Notes: generated from the sequence alone by a model not told the origin. 64,000 nucleotides of DNA from Candidatus Portnoybacteria bacterium RBG_19FT_COMBO_36_7 (GCA_001819495.1 MHMW01000028.1:69398-133397); one strand, 5' to 3'. Shown: positions 29,452 to 39,641, counted from the first letter of the stretch. Made by a program: numbers and translations.

Positions 29452-30381
29452 ATGGACGCATTTGAAAAACAGCAGAGGATAGAATCTATAAACGGAATTA
29501 TAAAAGTCCGCTGGTTTATTGTGGCTATTATAGTCGGGCTAGGCTTTATTTTAAAGGCAAAATATTTCGGGTGGGTAGGCGGTTTTCAGGGAGATTTCCT
29601 TTCAGGCTATTTAAAGATGGGTGCTTTTGGGCTGGCGGCTTTTGGTTATAATTTTATCTTTTGGTTTTTTATGCGCCGGTTAAGGCGCAGACCGATAGAA
29701 AAGATTAGCGATAGGGCATTGAATATCATGGCAGCGCTGCAGATAATCCCAGATCAGCTTATGTTTACCCTGGTTTATTACAACACCGGCACAGTAGACG
29801 GAATGTCATTTCTGTTTTATTTTATTTCTGTTTTTTTAGCCAGCAGCATTTACAAATCTAAGGGCATTATCTTAACTGGTCTGCTGTCTGGATTTTTTTA
29901 TACCGGGCTTTTAATTGTCGAATACCAGGGATTAATACCGCATCTCAACACCTATCAAGGGGTAACTCTCTTTGGCAGTCCATACGTGACACGGGGGAAA
30001 ATTATTTCCTTTATATTTTATATAGGTATTATGACATTTGCGGCCGCTTTCCTCTCTAATTTAATCCGTAATCGGGAGAAGAAACTTAGAGAGCAACGCG
30101 ATCAATTGTCGGGCCAGACCCAGCTTTTGACAGTACAGACTCAGGAACTGACCGAGACCCGCGACTATCTCCATGAAGCCTTAACTAAATCAGATAAAGC
30201 CAGAAGCGAACTTGAAAAAACAAAAGAAGAGCAACAAAAGACGAATCTTGAGCTCAAAGCCAAGCTTGAGGAAGTTGAAAAATATGGTCAGGTGACAACG
30301 GGCAGAGAGCTTAAGATGATTGAGCTGAAAGATAAGATTAAGACACTAGAGCAGAGGATTGGTGACTTAGAAAAAAAATAA
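29452..30381 (+). CDS. kinase-less multi-TM sensor-like protein (paralog 6)
   Basis: MDAFEKQQRI start, TM block, RDYLHEAL, TTGRELKMIELK. Confidence 0.85.
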   Translation: MDAFEKQQRIESINGIIKVRWFIVAIIVGLGFILKAKYFGWVGGFQGDFLSGYLKMGAFGLAAFGYNFIFWFFMRRLRRRPIEKISDRALNIMAALQIIPDQLMFTLVYYNTGTVDGMSFLFYFISVFLASSIYKSKGIILTGLLSGFFYTGLLIVEYQGLIPHLNTYQGVTLFGSPYVTRGKIISFIFYIGIMTFAAAFLSNLIRNREKKLREQRDQLSGQTQLLTVQTQELTETRDYLHEALTKSDKARSELEKTKEEQQKTNLELKAKLEEVEKYGQVTTGRELKMIELKDKIKTLEQRIGDLEKK

Positions 30382-30387
30382 ATTTTT

Positions 30388-30480
30388 ATGCCAGGTAGTG
30401 AAAATTCGGCTGCTGCCTGGCAGTAAAAATTATTAAATGCCGAATCTTGCCTGTCGGCAGACAGGTTTCTACTATCTATT
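30388..30480. repeat. ~75-bp palindromic element, copy 2, with a nested cctgtcggcagacagg palindrome
   Basis: atgccaggtagtgaaaattcggctgctgcctggcag...gccgaat[cttgcctgtcggcagacagg]tttctactatct. Confidence 0.75.
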
Positions 30481-31887
30481 ATGGCAAAACTGCATTTTTA
30501 CGGAGGAACAAGAATTGTCAGCGGAAGCTGCTATTTGTTGGAAGTTAATGACCCGCTTCGTCCGCGAAGCGAGGCGAGTAAGAAGATTTTAATTGATTGC
30601 GGCTTGTTTCAGGGCTCCAGAGAATTTGAAGCAAAAAATCACGCACCATTCCCTTTCAATCCAAAAGAGATTGATTGCGTTATAATTACTCATTCGCATC
30701 TTGACCATATCGGTCGCCTGCCAACATTGGTCAAAGCGGGATTCCGGGGAAAAATATTTGCCACTCTTCCGACAATAGAATTCACTCATTTGATGCTGGA
30801 GGACAGCAAAAAGGTCATGAAGGAAAAGGCCAGGCATGCCGATGCCATCCCTCTTTTCTATGAAGGAGAAATCGATGAAATGATGAAATTTTTTGTGCCG
30901 GTTGGATATCACGAAAAAACAGAAATATCGGATTTTATATCTTTTAAATTTCATGAGGCAGGGCATATTTTGGGCTCGGCGTTTATTGAATTGACCTTTC
31001 AAGAAGTCCGAAGTAATGAATCCGGAAAAAAGACAATTATTTTTTCCGGCGACTTGGGAAATTTGTCGGTGCCGATTATCAAGCCGTTGGAAAATATCGG
31101 AGAGGCGGATTATGTGCTAATTGAGTCTGCTTATGGCGACAAAATGCACGAAGATAAGAGATTGGCTAAAGACATGATAGAAGATGCGACCGAAGAAACA
31201 ATTGCCAGGCATGGCGTTTTGATGATTCCCAGTTTTGCCATGGAACGCACCCAGCAGCTGCTTTTTCATTTCAACGAGCTGGTTGAGCATAAACGCATTC
31301 CCGCCATTCCGATTTTTATCGACAGCCCGCTGGCGACAGAAGTAACGAAGGTTTATAAAAAATTTACTGATTTTTTTAACTCAGAAGCAAAGAACATGGT
31401 TTTGGTCGGGGATGATATTTTTAAATTTCCTGGCTTGAAATATACTCCCTCTGTCAAAGAATCAAAAGAAATTAACGATATCGCTCCGCCCAAGATTATC
31501 ATTGCGGGCTCGGGCATGTCTCAGGGCGGCCGGATCGTGCATCACGAAGTTCGCTATTTGCCGGACGAACGCAATACGCTTCTTATGGTTACTTATCAGG
31601 CGCATGGCACTTTGGGCCGTAAAATTTTAGAAGGAGCCAAAGAAGTGGAAATTTTGGACCAAAAAATATCGGTCAGGGCAAAAGTTAAAAGCATCAGTAG
31701 CTATTCAGCCCACGCTGACCAGAAAGGTCTGCTTGATTGGCTCTGCTGTTTGCAGAAACCGGTTAAGAAAATTTTTGTGGTGCAGGGCGAGGAAGAGCCG
31801 GCTAATGTTTTGGCGCAAAAAATAAAGGATAGCATGGGAATAGACGCACAAGTGCCCAGATTCGGGCAGGTGACGGAATTATCGTAA
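30481..31887 (+). CDS. MBL-fold beta-CASP ribonuclease
   Basis: DCGLFQG, THSHLDHIG, AGHILGS, FSGDLG, ESAYG, AGSGM..GGR, SAHADQ. Confidence 0.92.
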   Translation: MAKLHFYGGTRIVSGSCYLLEVNDPLRPRSEASKKILIDCGLFQGSREFEAKNHAPFPFNPKEIDCVIITHSHLDHIGRLPTLVKAGFRGKIFATLPTIEFTHLMLEDSKKVMKEKARHADAIPLFYEGEIDEMMKFFVPVGYHEKTEISDFISFKFHEAGHILGSAFIELTFQEVRSNESGKKTIIFSGDLGNLSVPIIKPLENIGEADYVLIESAYGDKMHEDKRLAKDMIEDATEETIARHGVLMIPSFAMERTQQLLFHFNELVEHKRIPAIPIFIDSPLATEVTKVYKKFTDFFNSEAKNMVLVGDDIFKFPGLKYTPSVKESKEINDIAPPKIIIAGSGMSQGGRIVHHEVRYLPDERNTLLMVTYQAHGTLGRKILEGAKEVEILDQKISVRAKVKSISSYSAHADQKGLLDWLCCLQKPVKKIFVVQGEEEPANVLAQKIKDSMGIDAQVPRFGQVTELS

Positions 31888-31968
31888 AAATAGACTTTTC
31901 TAAATAACTAATATAAAATAAAAGATATTAAACTATTTACTGCCCGCGCGGTTCGGGAATAAAAAACT

Positions 31969-32571
31969 ATGGAAAAAATAGCGTCATCTTATCTAAAATA
32001 TAAAATTTGCGTTTCAGGGGCAGCGGTAACCGATTGTTGCTCGCCGGACGCCCTGGAAAAAGCCAAAGAAGTTGGCCGGGAAATTGTCAGGCACAACGGG
32101 GTTTTAGTAACCGGTGCGACTACCGGTATTCCTTACTGGGCGGCGATCGGCGCCAAAGATGAAGGCGGGATTTCAATCGGTCTCTCGCCGGCTGCTTCTG
32201 AAGAAGCGCATGTTAAAGCTTACCGCCTGCCAACTGACTATTTTGATATGATAATCTACACCGGTTTTGAATATGCAGGCAGAAATCTTTTATTGACCAG
32301 ATCTTCAGATGCGGTGATTGTAATTTGTGGCCGCATGGGAACATTAAACGAATTTACTATCGCTTTTGAAGATAAAAAACCCATTGGAGTTTTGACAGGA
32401 ACAGGAGGCATGTCAGATTTTTATGACGATATAGTAAAAAAAGCCAAACGCGGTCCGGGGAAAATCGTTTATGATTCAGATCCCAAGACCTTAGTTGAAA
32501 AAGTGCTTGAATTGGTAGAAAAAGAAAAGGTGGTTAAAATAGAGAAAAAGCCGAGAATAAAAAAAGATTAA
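31969..32571 (+). CDS. LOG/SLOG-family Rossmann-fold protein
   Basis: VTGATTG, GRN.LL..SSDAVI..GRMGTLNE. Confidence 0.8.
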   Translation: MEKIASSYLKYKICVSGAAVTDCCSPDALEKAKEVGREIVRHNGVLVTGATTGIPYWAAIGAKDEGGISIGLSPAASEEAHVKAYRLPTDYFDMIIYTGFEYAGRNLLLTRSSDAVIVICGRMGTLNEFTIAFEDKKPIGVLTGTGGMSDFYDDIVKKAKRGPGKIVYDSDPKTLVEKVLELVEKEKVVKIEKKPRIKKD

Positions 32572-32652
32572 ATAAAATGCCTGAATTGGCCGCTGGTTGG
32601 CGGTTTGACGGGCGAAACCCACTTTCGCTAATGCTACGGTGGGCGAGGGGAG

Positions 32653-32919
32653 GTGAGAATAATGGCGGAAGAAAAATTAGTCGGCAAGATCATACATTTC
32701 TACACTAACATCGGCGTGGGCATCATTGAACTTTCCGATAAATTGGATGCGGGCGAAAAAATTCATGTCAAAGGATTAAGCACCGATTTTGAGCAGACAG
32801 TGGAATCTATGCAGGTTGAGCATCAAAATGTGGAGTCAGCCAAAGCCGGAGAATCTATCGGAATAAAATTGAATGAGAAGGTGAGGGAAGGCGACGAAGT
32901 TTTTAAATTATTTGAATAA
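32653..32919 (+). CDS. small EF-Tu domain-2-like beta-barrel protein
   Basis: VGKI.HFY..IGVG, KG..TDFEQ.V.SMQ, A.AG..IG, VREGD.VF. Confidence 0.8.
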   Translation: MRIMAEEKLVGKIIHFYTNIGVGIIELSDKLDAGEKIHVKGLSTDFEQTVESMQVEHQNVESAKAGESIGIKLNEKVREGDEVFKLFE

Positions 32920-32939
32920 TCGAGCGAAAAGATTTTTAT

Positions 32940-33025
32940 TTGGATAATTCGGATGTATTCGTAAATTTGGGTCGCTTTGAAAACTGACCCGAATGACCCG
33001 AATCAGACCCGAATATCCCGAATGA
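32940..33025. repeat. ACCCGAAT short tandem and inverted repeats
   Basis: gacccgaatgacccgaatcagacccgaatatcccgaat with upstream ttcgga/ttcgta/ttgggtc complements. Confidence 0.6.
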
Positions 33026-33046
33026 TTTTAGATTACAGTTTTTTAT

Positions 33047-34183
33047 ATGTCTAAAAAATTTTTCTATGCTTTGTCTGTCTTGACTGGAATGATTATTGGT
33101 GTAGGAATTTTTGGGATTCCTTATTGTTTCGCCCAGACCGGAATTTTGATTGGCTTTTTTTATTTGATTTTTTTGACCATCGTGGTCACAAGCATCCATC
33201 TTTTATACGGCGAGATAATTTTACGAACAGGTCAGGATTGCCGTTTGGTGGGCTACGGCGAAAAATATCTTGGACCAAAAGGCAAGGCGGCGGTGACTGG
33301 CATTGTTATTTTCCAGTTTTATGGGGCTCTTTTGGCCTATATAATCGCGGGCGGATATTTTTTGAACATAATTTTTGGCAGATTTTTTGGCGGCACGGAT
33401 TTTTCGTGGTCGCTGATTTTTTTTGCTTTGGGAGCTCTGGCTATTTTTTTCGGGCTGAAAACAGTTTCACTTTCCGAGTTTTTTATGGCAATTATTCTTG
33501 TGGTTCTCGCCTGTCTTTTTGTTTTAAAAGGAGCGCCTTTTGTCAGTTTTGAAAATCTTAAAGGTTTTAATCTAATGAAATTTTTTCTGCCCTACGGCGT
33601 CGTTTTCTTTTCTTTGACAGGCGGAGCGGCAGTGCCGGAGCTTCGCCAGATCCTGAAGGGGCAGGAAAGAAAAATTAAAAGAGTCATAGTTTTAGGGACG
33701 GTGATTCCGGCAGTTATTTATTTTCTTTTTGCTCTGGTGGTGGTCGGAACAACGGGGCAGGATACGAGCAAAGATGCAATTTCTGGTCTTGTCCCTTATC
33801 TTGGGCAAAATATTATTGTCTTGGGTGCAGTTTTTGGGTTTTTGACGGTTATTACTTCTTTTTTAATGCTTGGTCTGAATCTGCGAAAAATGTTCCAGCT
33901 GGATTATAAACTGAACAAATTTTTGGCTTGGGCGCTGGCCTGTTTTATTCCTCTCATTGCTTTTTTAATTGGCTTTAAAGATTTTATCATGGTCATCGGG
34001 CTGATCGGTGCAGTGGCCGGAGGTTTTGAGGGGATTGTGACAATTTTAATTTATCGCCGCGCAAAAAAAATGGGCAACCGCCAGCCCGAATACAGCCTTA
34101 AATTAAACAGAATATTTATCTGGACAATGGTTCTGCTTTTTGCCTTAGGCATATTTTACGAGTTTATCTATTTGGCAAAATGA
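33047..34183 (+). CDS. aromatic amino acid permease family protein
   Basis: G.IIG.GIFG.PY, YGE, YGALLAYI, LPYGV..FSL.G, TSFL..G; about 11 TM. Confidence 0.85.
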   Translation: MSKKFFYALSVLTGMIIGVGIFGIPYCFAQTGILIGFFYLIFLTIVVTSIHLLYGEIILRTGQDCRLVGYGEKYLGPKGKAAVTGIVIFQFYGALLAYIIAGGYFLNIIFGRFFGGTDFSWSLIFFALGALAIFFGLKTVSLSEFFMAIILVVLACLFVLKGAPFVSFENLKGFNLMKFFLPYGVVFFSLTGGAAVPELRQILKGQERKIKRVIVLGTVIPAVIYFLFALVVVGTTGQDTSKDAISGLVPYLGQNIIVLGAVFGFLTVITSFLMLGLNLRKMFQLDYKLNKFLAWALACFIPLIAFLIGFKDFIMVIGLIGAVAGGFEGIVTILIYRRAKKMGNRQPEYSLKLNRIFIWTMVLLFALGIFYEFIYLAK

Positions 34184-35541
34184 AATTTTTGGAAAAAATT
34201 GAATGCTGGCTTTTTTATGCTTTAGTTTTTTTTGTGCCTCTGCAACTAAGGATTATCTTGCGTTCTTTCAGCTCTCAATTTAATGAATGGACAAGCACCT
34301 ATCTTTATGCCACTGATATCCTCATATTTTTAATTCTGCTGTTTTGGCTGACAAGAAAGATTAAGGAAAAAAAATGGAAAATTGTAAGTTTTCAAAATAT
34401 CTGGGTTGAGGTAGGGCTTTTTTTGTTTTTACTGGTAAGCGGGGTCTCAATTTTTCTGTCCAACAATTTTTGGTTGAGTTTTTTCAGCTGGGTCAAGCTA
34501 GTAGAATTTAGTCTATTGTTTTTATATATAAAATATAATTTTGGAAAATTATTCAGTCTCCAGAGATTTTGGCAGATTTTTATGGTCAGTGCTGTGGTGC
34601 AGAGCGGCCTAGCGATTTATCAGTTTTTTGCGCAAAAAAGCTTAGGCTTGAAAATATTGGCTGAGAGTCCCATTGCGCCTGATATTTTAGGTGTGGCAAA
34701 AATAGTGGTAGACGGCAAAAAAATAGTCCGTGCCTATGGCCTGGTGCCGCACCCCAATATTCTGGCGGCAATCTTGATGCTGGCGATTTTCGGTTTAATT
34801 TATTTGTTTATAAAAAATTACGGGAAATTAAAAAATTGGCAAAAGGCGGTTTATGGAGGAACGTTAATTTTGGTCTCGGTCGCGTTATTTTTTACTTTTT
34901 CGCGCAGTGCCACCCTTATCGGTTTTATTTTATTTGCTATCTGGTTAGCCGTCGTCTATTGGAAGCAGGCAGCGTGTAGGCGGCCGATAATTTTAACCGC
35001 GATTTTGCTATTGGCCATATGCTCTTTGCTATTAGCCATTTATCGGCCTTATGTTTCAGCCCGTTATGACACAGTTTCGCTTGGTGCGAGCCAGGCCGTA
35101 AGTTTGCGCGTTTTTTATAGCGAGATAGCCTGGCAATTAATAAAAGGTAGTCCAATTTTGGGCGTCGGCCAGGGCAATTTTGTCTGGACTTTTATTCAAC
35201 CAGCTGCCCTTGAGGACTGGATATATCAGCCGGTACACAATATCTATTTATTGATCGCTGCTGAAACCGGCATTTTGGGATTATTTGCTTTTCTCTGGTT
35301 TTTGTTTAAGATAACGAGAAGCATTTATCTGGAAAAGAAAGCGATAAAAGACAGATTATCATTATATTGTCTGTTTAGCATCTTTATTTTCTTTTTGGCC
35401 ATCGGTTTTTTTGACCATTTTTTGTGGGATCTGCAACAGGGGCAATTGATGCTATGGATGGGATTAGGTATAATAGCGGGACTTAGTCCCTATGGCTCCC
35501 TCCTTCGCCCAAATGGATTTGGGCTTCGGAAGGGCAAGTAG
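34180..35541 (+). CDS. O-antigen ligase family membrane protein
   Basis: RAYG..PHPN.LA, TFSRS, GVG.GNF, PVHNIYL..AETG. Confidence 0.88.
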   Translation: MKFLEKIECWLFYALVFFVPLQLRIILRSFSSQFNEWTSTYLYATDILIFLILLFWLTRKIKEKKWKIVSFQNIWVEVGLFLFLLVSGVSIFLSNNFWLSFFSWVKLVEFSLLFLYIKYNFGKLFSLQRFWQIFMVSAVVQSGLAIYQFFAQKSLGLKILAESPIAPDILGVAKIVVDGKKIVRAYGLVPHPNILAAILMLAIFGLIYLFIKNYGKLKNWQKAVYGGTLILVSVALFFTFSRSATLIGFILFAIWLAVVYWKQAACRRPIILTAILLLAICSLLLAIYRPYVSARYDTVSLGASQAVSLRVFYSEIAWQLIKGSPILGVGQGNFVWTFIQPAALEDWIYQPVHNIYLLIAAETGILGLFAFLWFLFKITRSIYLEKKAIKDRLSLYCLFSIFIFFLAIGFFDHFLWDLQQGQLMLWMGLGIIAGLSPYGSLLRPNGFGLRKGK

Positions 35542-35598
35542 TGTGCTAAAATCAATGCCCGCCACTCGAAGCTCCAATTATTATTGGAGCGAAGTGCG

Positions 35599-35670
35599 GT
35601 CCCTATAGCTCAACGGATCGAGCGCGGCCCTCCGAAGGCTGAGATCGAGGTTCAATTCCTCGTAGGGACG
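35599..35670 (+). tRNA. tRNA-Arg(CCG)
   Basis: Acceptor gtcccta/tagggac, D arm gctc..gagc, anticodon stem cggcc/ggctg with loop ctCCGaa, T loop ggttcaatt; CCA not encoded. Confidence 0.93.
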
Positions 35671-35694
35671 CTATAAAAATTAAATATATAAAAT

Positions 35695-35820
35695 ATGTCG
35701 GTAAAAAAAGAAGGCGAAAAATATAGATGCAATGTTTGCGGCAATGAAGTCGTTGTCGCGAAAGTCGGAGGCGGAACTTTGGTTTGCTGCGGCCAAGACA
35801 TGGAATTACTGGAAGAATAA
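35695..35820 (+). CDS. desulforedoxin-like FeCys4 small protein (41 aa, absent from the ORF track)
   Basis: Manual translation MSVKKEGEKYRCNVCGNEVVVAKVGGGTLVCCGQDMELLEE. Confidence 0.9.
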   Translation: MSVKKEGEKYRCNVCGNEVVVAKVGGGTLVCCGQDMELLEE

Positions 35821-35852
35821 AAATCAAGTACTTTTATAAAAGGAGGCGAGCT

Positions 35853-36338
35853 ATGGCGAGATTCTTTAATGGCTACAAGGATGAGTCGGTGATTGTCGTC
35901 AAGAGCGTTTTTCCGGACAGCGATCTGATTTTTTCTACACCAATAGAATTCAGCAAACAAAGATCAGGAGTTTATATCGAAGGCAATTTTTTTCATCAGA
36001 TGGCGATTTTTGAACATTTAAAGAAGTTATTAGACGTAAACCCTGAAGAGATCTATTTTGGAAAATGGATCTGGGTGAGCCCGCCGGACGATTTCGAAGA
36101 AATTCCCCACATAGTTATGCATTATGAGGCAACAGAAGAAATTGATAAGCTGCAGTTGCTTAATTTAGTCTTGCCCAGGCAATTGGCGATAGTGTGTAAC
36201 CTGAAGCTTTCCTGGGTCTGGGAAATAATCGTCAGAATAAAGGGGGAGATCGCCCAAAAAGATTTCGTCGTTTTGCCGCAAGACGTGCCAAATGGAGAAA
36301 TAGCTCTTTGTGCCCAGCAGAAAATTGAAATTCCTTAA
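35853..36338 (+). CDS. hypothetical protein
   Basis: Start reassigned to ATG 35853 behind aggagg. Confidence 0.65.
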   Translation: MARFFNGYKDESVIVVKSVFPDSDLIFSTPIEFSKQRSGVYIEGNFFHQMAIFEHLKKLLDVNPEEIYFGKWIWVSPPDDFEEIPHIVMHYEATEEIDKLQLLNLVLPRQLAIVCNLKLSWVWEIIVRIKGEIAQKDFVVLPQDVPNGEIALCAQQKIEIP

Positions 36339-36357
36339 TAATTTAAGAGAAAATAAA

Positions 36358-36398
36358 AAGAACGCGCAACTGATATTTTGGTTGCGCGTTGTTTTTTA
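36358..36398. terminator. bidirectional terminator hairpin
   Basis: aacgcgcaac...gttgcgcgtt flanked by A and T tracts. Confidence 0.7.
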
Positions 36399-36412
36399 AT
36401 TTTTGAAAATAT

Positions 36413-37480
36413 TTAGAACGTGCTGTAAAGTTTGACGTTGTCAGGCCGCAGCAGTTCTGTAAGCGAGCGGCCTTCGACCATTCTGGCGATTGCTTCGCTC
36501 AAAAGCTTGGCGGCCGAAAGGATAATGATTTTTCCTTGACCGTTGATGTTCAGCTTATGGCCGACAGGAACGCTGTCTGTGGTAATGAATTTTTTTATGG
36601 GCGACTGTTCTAATCTTTCAATAAGGTCCCGGTGGCTGAGCTGTTTGTGCTCGAGTATCGGGTGGACCGCTGCCATAAACAGAGTTTTAGCTCCTGCCTC
36701 AATAAGAACTTTCGCGTCTTTGATGGCCGTGCTGCCTGTTAATATTTCATCGTCAAAAAGCAGGCAATTTTTGTTTTTTACTTCGCCGATGATCTTTTTT
36801 GGTGTCGGGTTCTCGGAGTTATCTTCGCGATCCTTAACGATGTACGCCTGTCCCGCCCTAAGGAGATTGGCTATTTTTTCATACTTATTGGCCGCACCAG
36901 CATCAGCAAAGACCATTGTCCATTCATTGCTGTTTTTACCAAGAAAATTTTTTTTTAGATAGTCTGCCAGTAGATAGACCGCGGTTATTTCATTGGCCGC
37001 CGGCTTGAAATAATGCTTGAGATGGCTGTCATGCGGGTCCATGATAAGCACGCGGTGAATGCCAAAAAAATTGCTGATCATATCTCCATAGAGATCCGCG
37101 AAAGTTGAGATACGGGGCTGGTTTTTTCTGTCAGAACGAGAAAACCACATATAGGGGTGCACTAGTATGATGTCAGCGACATCAGCATCGATCAGGGCAT
37201 GCAGCATAGCGTGAAATAACATGTAGTTGTGGGCGACCGGCTGGGCTTGAGTGCAGATAATAACTGCCAGCATATCTCGGACTTCCTCAACTTGGGCCTG
37301 AGGATTGCCATTTGAGAAAATTTCGTATTCAGTTTTGGCCAGCCGGAGCTTGCCTCCTTCATAAGGAATGAAATACCGGGGAATGCGGTTTTGCAGATAA
37401 TTGCAAACATTTTGAGTGATTTCTTCAGACCCGGGAGCAGCAAATAACTTTATTGCGGTAAAATAGCTTGTTCTGATCAT
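36413..37480 (-). CDS. prs: divergent ribose-phosphate pyrophosphokinase family protein
   Basis: PY..FSRSDRK, D.H, DAGA, K.R, DDEI.TG.T, A.VH, TDSVP. Confidence 0.75.
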   Translation of the reverse strand: MIRTSYFTAIKLFAAPGSEEITQNVCNYLQNRIPRYFIPYEGGKLRLAKTEYEIFSNGNPQAQVEEVRDMLAVIICTQAQPVAHNYMLFHAMLHALIDADVADIILVHPYMWFSRSDRKNQPRISTFADLYGDMISNFFGIHRVLIMDPHDSHLKHYFKPAANEITAVYLLADYLKKNFLGKNSNEWTMVFADAGAANKYEKIANLLRAGQAYIVKDREDNSENPTPKKIIGEVKNKNCLLFDDEILTGSTAIKDAKVLIEAGAKTLFMAAVHPILEHKQLSHRDLIERLEQSPIKKFITTDSVPVGHKLNINGQGKIIILSAAKLLSEAIARMVEGRSLTELLRPDNVKLYSTF

Positions 37481-37567
37481 TTTTCCCTCCTTTTTTATTT
37501 ATTTTTTAAAGATCAAAATTTAATATCTTTAATATTCAAAAATACCATTTTTAGAATTTAACGTCAA

Positions 37568-37602
37568 TAAAAAATGCGCAGCTGATTCAGCTGCGCATTA
37601 TT
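37568..37602. terminator. terminator hairpin of the Nudix gene
   Basis: aatgcgcagctg-att-cagctgcgcatt. Confidence 0.7.
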
Positions 37603-37612
37603 CAGTCAAAGC

Positions 37613-38020
37613 TTACATGCTTTTTTTGTATTCTTCAATCACGGGCTTGATGTTCGGCGCGCAGTCTGGTGGCAGATTATCAATGTTAAACCATTTCGCC
37701 TCTCTTATATCTTCACCAAGCTTTACTTCACCGAGGCGTTTTGCTAGATAGTGGATTAAGATAACCCATGTTTGTAGATCACCGGGTTTTGGTATCATCA
37801 TTGGTTTTAGCGGCCGGATGATTTCAATATCAATGCCCATTTCTTCTTTAACTTCGCGGCGGCAGGCCTCTTCCAAAGAATTATTTATATCGGAAAAATC
37901 GAAATCTTCCACGCGGCCGCCCAAAAACTTCCAGAAAGTGTCATCACCGTGCTTGTTCAAAAGAACTTTACCTTCTTCAATAATGACCGGTCCTGAAGCG
38001 ACAATAAATTGTTTTTCCAT
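37613..38020 (-). CDS. Nudix hydrolase
   Basis: GGRVE...ACRREVKEEMG. Confidence 0.88.
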   Translation of the reverse strand: MEKQFIVASGPVIIEEGKVLLNKHGDDTFWKFLGGRVEDFDFSDINNSLEEACRREVKEEMGIDIEIIRPLKPMMIPKPGDLQTWVILIHYLAKRLGEVKLGEDIREAKWFNIDNLPPDCAPNIKPVIEEYKKSM

Positions 38021-38039
38021 ATTAATTTCCTCCTTTCTT

Positions 38040-39641
38040 CTATATGTTTTTTATCATATATTCATTTTTTAGTCCATAGCCGAGCTTTTTGTAGTAGTGG
38101 CGTACGCCAATGCCGGAAATGACAGCGATTTTTTTGTAGCCATCTTTTTTCGCTATTTTTTCCGCTTCAGCCATCAGCTTTTTGCCAAGACCGGAATGCT
38201 GGACGATTTTTTTGTCTGAGTTTATGCCGAGCGGAGCGAGATGGCCGTAAGTGTGCAATTCGCGGATTAGGGCAGAGCCATTTAATACGGGCGAGGCTTC
38301 AGCTTGAACAGATGGGATGCGCAGCCGCAAAAGCGCGTATAATTTTTTTTGTTTTGGGTCTTCAAAAGATAAAAATATTTCTTTGCCTCCCGAAGCCTTG
38401 TATTCGCGGCGGAATAATTTGATTTTATCACTTGGCAAATACTGACCCCGGATTTCGCGGCATCTGATGCAGCGGCATTGCTTCTGGCCTGAATTATCTA
38501 TAATTTGGCGCAGATTGGTCAGTTTGCTGCCGGCGATTATGCTTTGGCCGGGAATGTCTCTGATAATTCTTTGAATGCGCACATAAGGCGGAATTTTTTG
38601 TTTGATGCGCAGAATTAAATCAATGAGCTGGATTTCATTATAAGGCTTATATTTTCCTTGTTTCCAAAATTTATAGAGCTGGGCAGTTTTCAAAATAATG
38701 CAGGGATAGATTTTTAAGAGATCGGGCTGGAAATCCGGATTTTTAAATAATTCTTCAAGCATCTTTTCATCGCGCGCCAAATTTGAGCCTGGCAGATTAA
38801 GCATCATATGATAGTTAATTTTAAATCCCGCATTTTTTAAAAGTTTCGTGGCCCGTATCGTTTCTGCCACATCATGGCCGCGCAGATTTTTTCTTAAAAT
38901 GTCATCATAAATGCTTTGAACGCCCAATTCAACCCTTGTGCATCCCAGATCCCGCATTCTTTTAATTTCATCCAGATCAATAAAGTCGGGTCTGGTTTCC
39001 AAAGTCAGCCCGATGATACGATGTGCAGCAGTTTCATTCTTTTTCTGTTCTGCTTTTAATAATTTCCGTAAATTTTGAATTTTTAACTGTGATTTTGAAC
39101 TTTGAACTTTCAGCTTTGAACTTAAGGCGTTAGCCGCTTTGAAGCACTCTTTTATAAACCAGTATTGGTATAATCCCGGATATGCACTCCATGTTCCGCC
39201 CAGCACAATCAGTTCGATTTTGTCAGTTGGATGACCGGTCATTTTTAGCGCTTCGATTCTAGTTCTGACCTGCGCATAAGGATTAAATTTTGTCAGGTAC
39301 GCTCTTTGGGCTGCTGGCTCATTTTTCAGGTAGCTTTTGGGCATTCCTCTCTCATTCGGGCAATAAAGGCATCGGCCGGGGCAGGGCCATGGCTTTGTCA
39401 GCACTGTAATCACGGCCACGCCAGATGAAGTTCTTATTTCGCGGGTTTTTAGTGTTTTTTCCAGCTGTGGATTACTTTTTACCTTTTTCTTTTTGAGCAA
39501 ATCGTGATAAACTTTAAGCAGTTGAATATTATTGGGAACTTTTTGTTTAAATCTTAAGCTGCCCTCTCGCTTAATCTTAGCCAAATCTTGGGGGGTTTGG
39601 ATTTTTTGTTTGATTGATTGGCGAACGATATAAGTTAACAT
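38040..39641 (-). CDS. Elp3-family radical SAM / GNAT tRNA U34 acetyltransferase
   Basis: SGVAV, PCPGRCLYCP, PKSY...EPA, GGTW, ETRPD, RVELGVQ, LKIYP, RELHTYG, QH.GLGK, VISGIGVR.YY. Confidence 0.95.
   Translation of the reverse strand: MLTYIVRQSIKQKIQTPQDLAKIKREGSLRFKQKVPNNIQLLKVYHDLLKKKKVKSNPQLEKTLKTREIRTSSGVAVITVLTKPWPCPGRCLYCPNERGMPKSYLKNEPAAQRAYLTKFNPYAQVRTRIEALKMTGHPTDKIELIVLGGTWSAYPGLYQYWFIKECFKAANALSSKLKVQSSKSQLKIQNLRKLLKAEQKKNETAAHRIIGLTLETRPDFIDLDEIKRMRDLGCTRVELGVQSIYDDILRKNLRGHDVAETIRATKLLKNAGFKINYHMMLNLPGSNLARDEKMLEELFKNPDFQPDLLKIYPCIILKTAQLYKFWKQGKYKPYNEIQLIDLILRIKQKIPPYVRIQRIIRDIPGQSIIAGSKLTNLRQIIDNSGQKQCRCIRCREIRGQYLPSDKIKLFRREYKASGGKEIFLSFEDPKQKKLYALLRLRIPSVQAEASPVLNGSALIRELHTYGHLAPLGINSDKKIVQHSGLGKKLMAEAEKIAKKDGYKKIAVISGIGVRHYYKKLGYGLKNEYMIKNI

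Noticed and set aside
35599-36400. Integrative element at tRNA-Arg or at tmRNA
   Set aside because: No integrase and no duplicated tRNA or tmRNA 3' end seen in the window
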